Shown here in pieces: positions 1-10,882 of a stretch of DNA of 64,000 bases; the first letter of the stretch is position 1; every line of letters starts with the position of its first letter. Below the pieces are notes generated by a model. It ran no database searches and was not told where the DNA came from. It saw nothing but the letters and a program-made list of their open reading frames with translations. Position numbers and translations under genes: made by a program. The stretch lies in assembly GCA_964520545.1 (NCBI GenBank), contig CAZFOD010000003.1, positions 20,728 through 84,727 on the forward strand, in the 5' to 3' direction. Source of the DNA: an uncultured Candidatus Saccharibacteria bacterium. Its GTDB lineage: Bacteria; Patescibacteriota; Minisyncoccia; Phycocordibacterales; CAIZLB01.

Positions 1-15
1 CTAGGGACGGCATAG

Positions 16-43
16 TTGACAAAATCACATATTGTGCTATTCT
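16..43 (+). promoter_or_regulatory. sigma70-type promoter for the upstream ncRNA
   Basis: TTGACA (16-21), 16 nt spacer, extended -10 TGcTATTCT (35-43). Confidence 0.7.
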
Positions 44-44
44 G

Positions 45-229
45 CTTGTAGGCAACGATTTTTGATTTGGTTGGGACAGGGCGGGCGCCATCACGTTTGA
101 GACTGCGTATTCGGTCACAGGATAACTGATTTGCTTTCTTTGCAGGAGCTTTCAATTGCCATCGAATGGTCAAGAACCTTGGCGCCCGCCTATCCACCCA
201 CTTCAATTTCGAAGTACGTCCCGTGCAAG
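45..229 (+). ncRNA. ssrS: long rod-shaped ncRNA, probable 6S RNA
   Basis: About 185 nt that fold back on themselves: GGCGGGCGCCA (80-90)/TGGCGCCCGCC (180-190), ATTCGGT/ATCGAAT, CTTGTA/TGCAAG ends. Lies between a promoter and a terminator, no credible ORF. Size and shape match 6S RNA; identity is inferred, not searched. Confidence 0.5.
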
Positions 230-246
230 ACTGTTGCATATCTTTT

Positions 247-276
247 AAGAAGACACCCTGATCCGGTGTCTTTTTT
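247..276 (+). terminator. intrinsic terminator
   Basis: AGAAGACACC-loop-GGTGTCTTTT hairpin followed by T run. Confidence 0.75.
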
Positions 277-340
277 CATTTATGTATACGTCTTGCTCTT
301 GTGTCGTTTTTTGGGTAAGATATCACCACGACACATATAC

Positions 341-416
341 GGGCCCTTAGCTTAGTTGGTAGAGCGCCTCATTTGCACTGAGGAGGTCGGGAGTTCGAAT
401 CTCCCAGGGTCCACCA
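341..416 (+). tRNA. tRNA-Ala(UGC)
   Basis: Cloverleaf: acceptor GGGCCCT/AGGGTCC with G3:U70, anticodon arm CCTCA-TT TGC AC-TGAGG, GTTCGAAT T-loop, encoded CCA. Confidence 0.97.
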
Positions 417-524
417 CCGTAGACAAAGTCAGATAAACATGATACTTTTCAGATGAAATTCAAGCGCCTAACTTGATGTTAGGACCTTCGCTTGATTCAA
501 GCTCGTTGATAGAAAGGATTTACC

Positions 525-743
525 ATGACGATACTCACTTGTTTGGGCTGGAAGACTCCTGCGGAAGCCCTTGCTATCTTCAAAGAGGCAGGACTGCCTT
601 CAGGAGAGCTCAGGAAAATTTTGGAGAGGCTTCGTGATTCCGCGGAGGCTCAAGAGGCTATGGAACATGTCTTAAAAGCCCCTCAATGTATAGCAAGAAA
701 ATTCGGGAGATTTCAAAAAAAAGAGGAAGCGAAGCAATCCTGA
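525..743 (+). CDS. hypothetical protein (possibly 5' part of a frameshifted gene)
   Basis: Promoter TAGACA-17-TACTTT at 420-448, SD AAAGGA, ATG 525; overlaps next ORF across an A8 run. Confidence 0.5.
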   Translation: MTILTCLGWKTPAEALAIFKEAGLPSGELRKILERLRDSAEAQEAMEHVLKAPQCIARKFGRFQKKEEAKQS

Positions 744-1084
744 TAAGGAAGCCGATATCAAGGTACTCCGACATCGTGGATTTCCTGGGACTTTGTGGTT
801 TAAAAACTCGGATCTTGGTCGTTCAAGACGATGACCAAAACGGACCTAGGCCTGCTTTCTTGGCATTTGATGGGTTAGAAATAGATCGAGAGGACATTGA
901 GTTCTTGGAAAAGGTTGCCTGTAGCGGTAAATGGAGCGGCCAACGTCGATCTTTCAAGGCCACGATCGTGATAAGAACCCTGCAACAGAAGTTGGGATTT
1001 TCAGCTCTGTTCAATAATCGCGTGAATGAGTTGTGTCTGATCAAGATCCTGGAGGAGCGAACCGCTGAGCTGCTTTGGGAATAG
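686..1084 (+). CDS. hypothetical protein (possibly 3' part of a frameshifted gene)
   Basis: 132 aa ORF without own SD, followed by terminator at 1106-1144. Confidence 0.5.
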   Translation: MYSKKIREISKKRGSEAILIRKPISRYSDIVDFLGLCGLKTRILVVQDDDQNGPRPAFLAFDGLEIDREDIEFLEKVACSGKWSGQRRSFKATIVIRTLQQKLGFSALFNNRVNELCLIKILEERTAELLWE

Positions 1085-1385
1085 TCAGATTAGGAGATTG
1101 AAGGCACCCCGTAACACATGAGTTGTTGCGGGGTTTATTATTTTCACCGCGTTAACATGTGAACTTTGTGAACATTATTTGATACTGAGAATTTCTTTCA
1201 AGTAAATCAACTCATTTGCTATTTGGTTCAGAAAAACAACATTGAAGTCCGCTCGCATAGACATTTCTATAATTTAATGGTATTTTAATTTCGCTGTCGA
1301 AAGGACAGATGCGGTTGCATAGTGCGCCGTAAATCCGAAAGGGATTAAATTGAACAAACATAGTCTAACAAAAACGGAGCTATTC

Positions 1386-1829
1386 ATGCTCCAGCTCACG
1401 CAGTGGATTATTCAAAAACAGTTTGACCTAAAGCAAGGTCAATTCACCATCGTAGGGCAATCGTTTCAATCTGGCCCTGTGATTGAGGCTGGAGATCAAC
1501 CTGATCTGGAAAATAAGTTAACCCTGGAACGATGTCGTCGGGAGTCTCCAAACTCAACGGTGTGTCAGGTCAGAGATCTACGTCTTTTGATCGTCCGAGA
1601 CGGTGTTGACGAAGCGCGCTCGATGAGGATAACTTTCGAGACTGGCTATCGTCGGTTCAACCCACAATCGCCTAAGCTCATAGATCGAAAGCTGTTTTAT
1701 GTCTTCGCGCGTGATCACAAGTTGCGTAGGGGATATTACTTCGGTGCCCCAGACATTTACGGAGGAATCGACCACGTCGCAGACAAAATCTGGACAACGC
1801 TCGAGAATTTTCATCGAGTGACATTCTAA
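1386..1829 (+). CDS. hypothetical protein
   Basis: ORF 1350-1829; ATG 1386 preceded by GGAG; own promoter (1258-1286) and terminator (1831-1884). Confidence 0.6.
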   Translation: MLQLTQWIIQKQFDLKQGQFTIVGQSFQSGPVIEAGDQPDLENKLTLERCRRESPNSTVCQVRDLRLLIVRDGVDEARSMRITFETGYRRFNPQSPKLIDRKLFYVFARDHKLRRGYYFGAPDIYGGIDHVADKIWTTLENFHRVTF

Positions 1830-1950
1830 CAACCCACTTAAACCTTTAGGGAGATAGCAAACCCTAAGGCATCAGGTGGGTTTTCTATTTTAATATCGCC
1901 AAGTGATGGAAATAACGCATGTATCTTAATGCTCGTGCTACAATGTTTTC

Positions 1951-2676
1951 ATGATAAAACTCTTCGAAAAGTTCGTCCTATGTTTTCTTGCATTGACTGC
2001 AGCGGTTGTTGTTACTGTTTTCTTTATGCCAAAAGAAAGCGTTCAGGAAGTGGTTCCTTCTTTGCATGAAAGTGACGGTGCAATGTCAAAAACTGTTTTA
2101 GGTTTTGATAGAGATAATAAGACTTTTGCAGTTTTAGGTGAATCATCACTCGCCACCTCTACATTAGAACCTATCCAGTTTGTTCCCCCAAATACTGAAG
2201 TGCATACTTTACAGGTTTCTCCAGATGGAAAGTCTGTATACTACGTTCTTCGTACAAACCTCGAGTATGATGTTGTAAATCCTCAGGAAGGCAACCCCTC
2301 TGGTAGAATCGAATCCTTTGCAGCAATATATCGATATGATATGGAGAGTAAGGCTACGGAAGATATTTTGAGCGACAAGGATGTCAATCTACTATATCCT
2401 TCTAAAATGATATTTTCGCCTGGGGAAAAACGAATCGCTTTCGATGCGTATGGATGCACTAATTGCGGAGGTGGAGGACCTCGTAATATCATAATTTTCA
2501 ACAAAGAAATTCCGGGTTACCTTCAGCAATTCAAAAATCTCGGTCCTAGCGTGAATTTTAAATTTACAGGTCCAACCACATATGAATACAATGAATGGAT
2601 CCTAGATCCTGAGTGTAAAGCTGAGATGGCAGCTGCTTGCTCTAAGGCTGGTGCTAAACATACGGGAGAGTTTTAA
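1951..2676 (+). CDS. membrane-anchored extracellular protein, TolB/beta-propeller-like
   Basis: N-terminal TM helix, SPDGK and FSPGEK propeller-type motifs, CxxC. Confidence 0.6.
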   Translation: MIKLFEKFVLCFLALTAAVVVTVFFMPKESVQEVVPSLHESDGAMSKTVLGFDRDNKTFAVLGESSLATSTLEPIQFVPPNTEVHTLQVSPDGKSVYYVLRTNLEYDVVNPQEGNPSGRIESFAAIYRYDMESKATEDILSDKDVNLLYPSKMIFSPGEKRIAFDAYGCTNCGGGGPRNIIIFNKEIPGYLQQFKNLGPSVNFKFTGPTTYEYNEWILDPECKAEMAAACSKAGAKHTGEF

Positions 2677-2833
2677 CTTGAATTAGTGTCTGTACTCTTT
2701 CCAGAAGCATGACGATTTTAAGGTTTGGTGCGCGAGGTTAATACAGGTTACGTAATATTGACGGATTCATAAACTCATTATATATTTCAGTCTGAACTTT
2801 ACGTTCCCAAACAATTAACCGGAGGAAAACCAA

Positions 2834-3640
2834 ATGCCTGAACAATGGCCTGAATCGTATTTAAAGGCATTCGATGCCTTCGTCGCTGACCCGCGTTCTG
2901 AACGCTACGTTGCAGCACTCTTTGACCACTATCGCACTGAACAGATGAAGGCGGCAGAACCTAAGAGTTGGAAAGTAATGGATGTGTGTTGCGGCACCGG
3001 CCTCATCGGCCGTGCATTGAAACACCATCTCGAATGTCTGGGTAAACACGTGGAGTTGACATTCGCAGACAGGTCTGGCGCGATCCTTGAAAGGATCGAC
3101 CTCGTGCCGACTGACTCCGTGATCCAAATAGACGTCACTTCAATGCCAGAGGTAACGTCGGAGAGCTACGATGCAGTCGTCTGTCGCTACGGCTTCAACA
3201 ACCTCCCACAGGAAGACTGGCTCAAGGCACTAGCGGAAGTTTTGCGAATTCTGAAACCCGGAGGCGTCTTTATCCTCCAAGATCACTTCGTCCCGGGGCC
3301 GACATTCTCGGCGCTGGTGAATGAAGCTGAGCAGTTTCTCGCAAAGATGGAAGGGAAGCGAGTGGCGCCCTTCATCTTCTCAACCGAAGCCTTCAACGCT
3401 GTTCTCGATGAGCATCCACTGGTCGTGAAGAGAGTAAAAGACGGCTATGGACTCTTCATCAACATCTGGGATCGGCTCCGCGCAAAGAAAGAGCTTCTGC
3501 CAGACTTCGAGGCTGCGAAGCGAGAGATCCTTCGCTTCTATCGGGAGATCTGCCTGGAGAAATACCAGGTGCTGATCGTTGACCCCGATGAGTACATCCA
3601 CGTTTATAACGTCACCTACGCGATCGAGAAGCGTGTGTGA
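2834..3640 (+). CDS. class I SAM-dependent methyltransferase (UbiE-like)
   Basis: MDVCCGTG motif I, YDAVVC, RILKPGG; GGAGG SD. Confidence 0.9.
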   Translation: MPEQWPESYLKAFDAFVADPRSERYVAALFDHYRTEQMKAAEPKSWKVMDVCCGTGLIGRALKHHLECLGKHVELTFADRSGAILERIDLVPTDSVIQIDVTSMPEVTSESYDAVVCRYGFNNLPQEDWLKALAEVLRILKPGGVFILQDHFVPGPTFSALVNEAEQFLAKMEGKRVAPFIFSTEAFNAVLDEHPLVVKRVKDGYGLFINIWDRLRAKKELLPDFEAAKREILRFYREICLEKYQVLIVDPDEYIHVYNVTYAIEKRV

Positions 3641-3769
3641 CTAAGAAAACAACAATGCCGTGCATCGTCCGAGAGGAGGGTGTGCGGCTGTTTTTTTGCT
3701 AGACTTTTTATAATCAGGTGGTACTTTTATTAAAACCCCAGAACAAAACAACGAACGAAAGGATACAAG

Positions 3770-4027
3770 ATGAAAAAGACGCGACTGCGCGCAGATAACA
3801 AGACAAACACGTACCTACTCATTTGCAAGAAAGTGGCCAAGGCACTTGAGAAGGAGATTGAAAAAATCACCGCTAAAACCCGAGTGCCACACGAGGCTTT
3901 CAATAGCTTAATCTCAAGGATGGAAGTGCAGAAGCACTTGAAAGCAATGCGATTGGACGTGGAGTGGCGGGAAGACCTGACTGTTCAGGAGTTAGCAAAC
4001 CTACTGTGGCCAAAGAAGGAGAAGTAA
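3770..4027 (+). CDS. small basic hypothetical protein
   Basis: 85 aa ORF with promoter, AAAGGA SD and terminator (4026-4078). Confidence 0.6.
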   Translation: MKKTRLRADNKTNTYLLICKKVAKALEKEIEKITAKTRVPHEAFNSLISRMEVQKHLKAMRLDVEWREDLTVQELANLLWPKKEK

Positions 4028-4305
4028 GCCCCGATCATCAACCAGAACCACGTTCTGCAAGTTGAGGACGGGGTTTTGTGTTTATGGTAAAAGCAGATAT
4101 ATAGAGTCGTCCATATTGGTTTCGTCGAACTTAGGCAGTTCAACAAGTGAGTGCACCACCGAATTTCCATGAAGTAAAACCAAGTCCCACCACTAGACGA
4201 ATGAGGTTTTTAATTATATATTTGGGCCCGTAACGCCCAAGTAAGCGTTACTTGTTCTTTTACAGAGCAATCTAGTAAGTCAACCTCAAAACGGAGAAAT
4301 ACAAT

Positions 4306-5697
4306 ATGAGTCGCAAGACCCTGTTTGATACCGTGTGGGACGAGCACAGAGTGCGAAGTCTCCCACGTGGCCAGGATCAAATCCTGGTCGGCCGCCATCT
4401 GATCCATGAAGTTACGTCCCCACAGGCGTTTCCGATGGTTGAAGAGCGCGGTCTTTCGGTGCGCTTCCCAAAGAGCACCTTCGCCACGGTGGATCACATC
4501 GTGCCGACCGTCGGCCGCAATCGTCCTCTTTTGGACCCGATCGCGGAAATCATGCTCCAGCATCTGGAGCGCAACACAGCCAAACACAAGATCACCCTGT
4601 TCAACCTCGGCGACGAGAACCAGGGAATTGTGCACATCATCGGACCGGAATTGGGCATCACCCAGCCCGGAATGACGATCGCTTGCGGCGATAGCCATAC
4701 CTCCACACACGGAGCATTTGGTGCCATCGCCCTCGGCATCGGGACAACTCAAATTGCCTGCGTCCTCTCAACTGGATGCTTGCTGCTTGAGCGCCCGAAA
4801 GTGCGAAAGATCCAAGTTGACGGTGTCTTGGGAGAAGGCGTTACTGCCAAAGACATCACTCTCGCGATCATCAATCGCTTGGGCGTCAAGGGTGGTATCG
4901 GCTTCGCCTACGAATACGCCGGCAGTGCAATCCACGCACTCGACATGGAAGGTCGCATGACCATCTGCAATATGAGCATCGAAGGCGGTGCGCAGTGTGG
5001 TTATGTCAATCCAGATGAGATCACCGTCGAATATCTGCGGGGTCGGAAATACGTGCCGCAAGGCAACGAGTTCGACATCGCCGCGAAGCGGTGGCTCTCT
5101 CTGGCATCAGGACCCGATGCTGAATACGACGATGTCTTCGTCCTCCCAGCGTCGGAAATCGAACCGATGATGACCTACGGGATCACTCCCGGACAGTCCA
5201 TCGGTGTCAGCGGAACCATTCCGCTCGATGCGCCAAAAGATGCGCTCGATTACATGCAGCTTGAAGCGGGGAAACCTCTTCTCGGAACGAAAGTGAATGT
5301 GGCCTTCATCGGCTCGTGCACCAACGGTCGCATTAGCGATTTCCGCGAAGCGGCAAACCTCATCAAGAAGTATGGTCTCAAAGTTGCGCCTCATGTGACC
5401 GCACTTGCTGTACCGGGATCGGAAAACGTCCGCCGTCAAGCTGAAGGAGAAGGCCTCGATCGAGTCTTCACCGAAGCAGGATGGCAGTGGCGCGGATCCG
5501 GTTGCAGTATGTGCCTCGCCATGAACCCGGATAAACTCCAGGGTAACCAGTTGTGTGCTTCTTCATCGAACCGCAACTTCAAAGGTCGGCAAGGGAGTCC
5601 AACAGGACGAACTGTGCTGATGAGTCCCGCGTCGGTGGTCGCTTGCGCGACCGCCGGTCATATCGCGGATGTGCGAACAATAACCTCAGCGAACTGA
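4306..5697 (+). CDS. leuC: 3-isopropylmalate dehydratase large subunit
   Basis: [41 protein letters not shown] aconitase-family motifs. Confidence 0.96.
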   Translation: MSRKTLFDTVWDEHRVRSLPRGQDQILVGRHLIHEVTSPQAFPMVEERGLSVRFPKSTFATVDHIVPTVGRNRPLLDPIAEIMLQHLERNTAKHKITLFNLGDENQGIVHIIGPELGITQPGMTIACGDSHTSTHGAFGAIALGIGTTQIACVLSTGCLLLERPKVRKIQVDGVLGEGVTAKDITLAIINRLGVKGGIGFAYEYAGSAIHALDMEGRMTICNMSIEGGAQCGYVNPDEITVEYLRGRKYVPQGNEFDIAAKRWLSLASGPDAEYDDVFVLPASEIEPMMTYGITPGQSIGVSGTIPLDAPKDALDYMQLEAGKPLLGTKVNVAFIGSCTNGRISDFREAANLIKKYGLKVAPHVTALAVPGSENVRRQAEGEGLDRVFTEAGWQWRGSGCSMCLAMNPDKLQGNQLCASSSNRNFKGRQGSPTGRTVLMSPASVVACATAGHIADVRTITSAN

Positions 5698-5701
5698 TAC
5701 C

Positions 5702-6322
5702 ATGTTGAAAAAGATCACAAACATCTCCGGCGGTGGCTTTCACCTTCCCGGTAGCGACGTTGATACCGACCGGATCATTCCGGCACGGTTCCTCAAGTGC
5801 GTCACATTCGAGGGCTTGGGCAACCATGTCTTCGAAGACGATCGGGCCCAGCTCGCTGGGCGGCATCCGTTCGACAACGAACGCAACAAAGGCTGCAACA
5901 TCCTGGTTGTGGACGAAAACTTCGGGTCCGGCTCAAGCCGCGAACACGCAGTTCCAGCCCTCACTCAATGGGGCATCCAGGCCATCATCGGCCTTTCGTT
6001 CGCTGCGATCTTCCGTGGAAACGCGGTCGGCAACGGCCTCGTCTGCGTCACGGTCGAGAGGGAAGTGCACGACTTCATTACTCGCGAGATCAGTCTCGGC
6101 GCTTTCGCCGTCCACATCGATCTCGAGAAGATGGAAGTCACCACTGAGCATGCATCGGAAAGCCATCCGATGTGGTGTGCGATGCCTGACGCGCATCGTG
6201 AAAACCTCATGACCGGTGCCTGGGATGATATCGCAACCTGCATCGAAGCGGGAAGCGCTATCGAAGAAACGGCGGCTCGTCTGCCTTACTTCGAAATCCC
6301 GGTCCCCCTGCCCGCGGTCTAA
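5702..6322 (+). CDS. leuD: 3-isopropylmalate dehydratase small subunit
   Basis: DVDTDRIIPARFL, NFGSGSSREHA; 4 nt after leuC. Confidence 0.95.
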   Translation: MLKKITNISGGGFHLPGSDVDTDRIIPARFLKCVTFEGLGNHVFEDDRAQLAGRHPFDNERNKGCNILVVDENFGSGSSREHAVPALTQWGIQAIIGLSFAAIFRGNAVGNGLVCVTVEREVHDFITREISLGAFAVHIDLEKMEVTTEHASESHPMWCAMPDAHRENLMTGAWDDIATCIEAGSAIEETAARLPYFEIPVPLPAV

Positions 6323-6344
6323 CCACTAGATTGTTGAATAATAT

Positions 6345-6385
6345 GACCTCGTCTTCCTTCACAGGAGGGCGAGGTCTATTTTTTT
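6345..6385 (+). terminator. intrinsic terminator after leuD
   Basis: GACCTCGTCTTCCT/AGGAGGGCGAGGTC hairpin plus T run. Confidence 0.8.
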
Positions 6386-6484
6386 ATTTGACATACTTAT
6401 ATATAACAGTAATGTGGGAGCTAGACGCTTACTGAATAGGTAAGTGGTCCTTCAAAATCAACCTCAACCTACATATACTCGCAC

Positions 6485-7639
6485 ATGAAAGTTCATCCAA
6501 TCGCACTTGTAAACGGCGACGGCTCCGCTCCTGAAATGATGGCGGTAGCTTGCAAAGTCGCTCAACTCGCAGCAAAAAAAGATGGTCACGCGCTGGAGTT
6601 CCATCCTGCACCAATGGGCTGGAACGCATATCGTGATTACAACGACACGCTTCCTCAAAGTTCACTCGAAACAGCAATCAGTCTTGGCACCGTCTTCTTC
6701 GGCGGTGTCGGTGATCCACAGTTCGACAACACTATCGGTGTTGAAAAACCCGAAATGAAACCTGAAGCGCGGTGCCTCCTTCCTCTTCGGAGTAAAATGG
6801 GGCTTCTGCTCAACTTCCGTCCGATGATCTACTACAAGGATCTGGATCACCTCGCCAACGTCAAGCCCGAGACAATCCCAGCCGAAGGTGTCAGGCAAAT
6901 CTGGATCCGTTTCCTCCTCGAGGACAGCTACTTTGGAAATGCGGACTACAGTCTGAACCCCACGTTCGGACCCTACTTCAAACCAAAGAGCCAGGTGAGC
7001 GGCGAAGAGGACGTCGTCATGGATCTTGCCTATTATCAGCGCTCGACAATCGAGAAATACATTCGTGCGGCGTTCCGCGAAGCAAAAGCTCTCGGCCTTC
7101 CGCTCATCTCGATCGACAAAGCCAATGTCATGGCACGCTATGACTTCTGGCGCAAAATCGTCACGCGGATCGGGAAGAAAGAGTTCCCGGACGTCCCGCT
7201 GTCTCATCAACTCGTGGACTCAGCAAACGCCCTGCTCTTCACTCCGGCGAAATTGCACGGCGTCATTGCCTGCGGTAACGAACACGGAGACATCCTCTCG
7301 GATGGAGCAGCGGGTGCGCTCGGCAGTATGGGAATGATGTGCAGTTCTGCCATCAACCCTGACACTGGTGCAGCGATGTTCGAAAGTGGAGCTGGCACAG
7401 CGCCGACTCTTGCTGGACAGGACAAAGCCAACCCACTCGGTCGCATCCTCACCGCGGCAATGATGCTTCGTCACCTCGGTGCAACAAAGGGTGCAAACTC
7501 AATCGAGAAGGCGGTCAACCTCGTGCTTCGTGAGGGTTACCGCACAGGCGACCTCATCAGCGGAAAAGTTCGCGGTGACGTGACGCGAGTGGGCACGGAA
7601 GAAATGGGCAGTTTGGTTTTGAAGGAGATCGGCGAATAG
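6485..7639 (+). CDS. leuB: 3-isopropylmalate dehydrogenase (divergent)
   Basis: GDGSAPE, LLPLR, DKANVM, GDILSD, AGQDKANP motifs of the isocitrate/isopropylmalate dehydrogenase family; adjacent to leuCD. Confidence 0.88.
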   Translation: MKVHPIALVNGDGSAPEMMAVACKVAQLAAKKDGHALEFHPAPMGWNAYRDYNDTLPQSSLETAISLGTVFFGGVGDPQFDNTIGVEKPEMKPEARCLLPLRSKMGLLLNFRPMIYYKDLDHLANVKPETIPAEGVRQIWIRFLLEDSYFGNADYSLNPTFGPYFKPKSQVSGEEDVVMDLAYYQRSTIEKYIRAAFREAKALGLPLISIDKANVMARYDFWRKIVTRIGKKEFPDVPLSHQLVDSANALLFTPAKLHGVIACGNEHGDILSDGAAGALGSMGMMCSSAINPDTGAAMFESGAGTAPTLAGQDKANPLGRILTAAMMLRHLGATKGANSIEKAVNLVLREGYRTGDLISGKVRGDVTRVGTEEMGSLVLKEIGE

Positions 7640-7669
7640 GTTTTACCAACTCGCTAGTCATTCAATTCA

Positions 7670-7748
7670 TGGAGCGGCATACGAAAGTGTGCCGCTCCAA
7701 TTTTTTGTATCAAAAAACCTCCCTGTTCTGTCACAACAGGGAGGTCTT
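7670..7748. terminator. back-to-back terminators of convergent leuB and ORF 7773-8546
   Basis: TGGAGCGGCATAC-GAAA-GTGTGCCGCTCCA plus T run on +; A run-ACCTCCCTGTT/AACAGGGAGGT on -. Confidence 0.8.
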
Positions 7749-7772
7749 ACTTTTGAACATCATGGCCTGATC

Positions 7773-8546
7773 TCACTTCGTACGGACAATGCCTTCAGCG
7801 TATTCAGGGGTAAAGAGTTGCTTCCAACGATGTTTCTTCGGTGTAACCTCGATGGAATCAATGGGAATGAATCTTTTCCACGCCCACAACTCTTCGAAAC
7901 CTTTCTTCATCAGATGTGGAGTGTTCCACATATAGCCGAAAGGTGTCATGACCGGAGTTCGGATAAAAGTCAGCTGAAAAATGAAACCAGAAACGATTTC
8001 GACCTCAGCTTTTTCCGTTTCTTCACGGATTTGGATCAGTAAATGCTGTTCGCAATGAGCATGTAGACCCATTTCGTTGGTTGCACACCACTTACCACTA
8101 TGCAGATCGTAGGCGAATCCGAATACTTCATGTCCGAAGCCAGCTCCACGATCACCAGACACATAGACTCCGCCGTCGGCACGTCTTTCCATTCGTGCGC
8201 TGCAGACCTCATCGTCAAAAGTTTCAACTTCACTGTCGGTCATGCTCTGCAGTTTTGAGACATCTGCATCAAACACGCTTGGGTCAACAGGTTGGGGCAT
8301 CTGGGTGCCTTCATGGTAAATCTTGCACCTTCTTGTGACAGCTTCATCAAACGTGCTTTTGAGCATGTAACCGTGTGAAATACCTGTCCGCAGTTTTTCA
8401 AACAGTGCTCCTTGATCACGGGTTGTTGCTCCGAGCTCGATGACACCATCGGTCCCGAGAGCCTCCTCATGCATTGCTGCATGTATTTCGTCATTTGTGG
8501 GAGTCCTACGACGCCCCTTTCCTGATTTGGGTTTGTCGTTTTTCAT
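7773..8546 (-). CDS. hypothetical protein
   Basis: 257 aa ORF with own promoter (TTGCTA...TGGTATTCT on -), hairpin plus boxA-like leader and terminator. Confidence 0.7.
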   Translation of the reverse strand: MKNDKPKSGKGRRRTPTNDEIHAAMHEEALGTDGVIELGATTRDQGALFEKLRTGISHGYMLKSTFDEAVTRRCKIYHEGTQMPQPVDPSVFDADVSKLQSMTDSEVETFDDEVCSARMERRADGGVYVSGDRGAGFGHEVFGFAYDLHSGKWCATNEMGLHAHCEQHLLIQIREETEKAEVEIVSGFIFQLTFIRTPVMTPFGYMWNTPHLMKKGFEELWAWKRFIPIDSIEVTPKKHRWKQLFTPEYAEGIVRTK

Positions 8547-8769
8547 TTGGTGGTGAATGGGTTGAAGTTAAAGAGCGGGCCTCAACGTGAGGTCCGGAAA
8601 AAAGAATACCATAATTTTGCTTAATAGCAATTTAACAGTCAACTGTTAAAAAATTATCACTCCAACACAGTAGACAATCCTCAACCATCATGGTATTACA
8701 TGACAGGCAGTATATTGTTTTCATAAGTCACAGCACATCACCAAAACCAGTACATAGAAAGGAAAAACC

Positions 8770-9177
8770 ATGAAATCATGCTTAGTTGTCTTGTTTAGCA
8801 TCCTCCTCGTCGGAGTGTATGCACCTGCGGAGGCTCAAACCATCATCATTCACACTCACTACGACGCCAAGCGTTATGTGGGAGAATATGTCGTCGATAC
8901 AAGTCGCACCGTTGATATTGAGGACGGTGAGGGGCGGAAGGGAGTTTGTGTCGTCCTCTACAAGGTGGTTAAGAAGGGAGAAAAGGCATTTCCTCCCATT
9001 GCTTTTCCTGAAGGATCGGGAGCCGTAACCGCTAACGATTTGAGAAAAGCAGTCAGGGTTACTCTCGAACCAACGGTCTTCGTTGATCGCCTGTGGGTGA
9101 CGTACTACGACGTCACTGGGCGAGCATTCTTTACCTCAACGATGTATCCGCTCGACGAGCGGATCAAGAAGAAATAG
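8770..9177 (+). CDS. secreted hypothetical protein
   Basis: Signal peptide ending AEA-Q; AAAGGA SD; terminator 9177-9220. Confidence 0.7.
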   Translation: MKSCLVVLFSILLVGVYAPAEAQTIIIHTHYDAKRYVGEYVVDTSRTVDIEDGEGRKGVCVVLYKVVKKGEKAFPPIAFPEGSGAVTANDLRKAVRVTLEPTVFVDRLWVTYYDVTGRAFFTSTMYPLDERIKKK

Positions 9178-9292
9178 GCCCACCCCGAGCAGAGACCCTC
9201 TGCTCTTGCGGTGGGTTTTCTGTTTATACAAACCCTTCACAATCTCTCTGCAGCACATAAAAGCTGGTGTATAATAAAAATATATAAATTAG

Positions 9293-10867
<1,575 letters not shown>

Positions 10868-10882
10868 TTTAGAAGCGATACC

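Noticed and set aside
131-355. 74 aa ORF
   Set aside because: TTG start; crosses the structured RNA, its terminator and the tRNA 5' end
1823-1884. Integron attC site (TCTAAC at the stop codon followed by a long hairpin; also after leuD)
   Set aside because: No matching GTTRRRY core at the distal end, hairpins end in U-tracts like terminators, genes have their own promoters, and no integrase is present
4080-4190. Possible small structured RNA (TTGGTTT...AAACCAA enclosing GAACT/AGTTC)
   Set aside because: Stems are short and AT-rich with no convincing promoter or terminator
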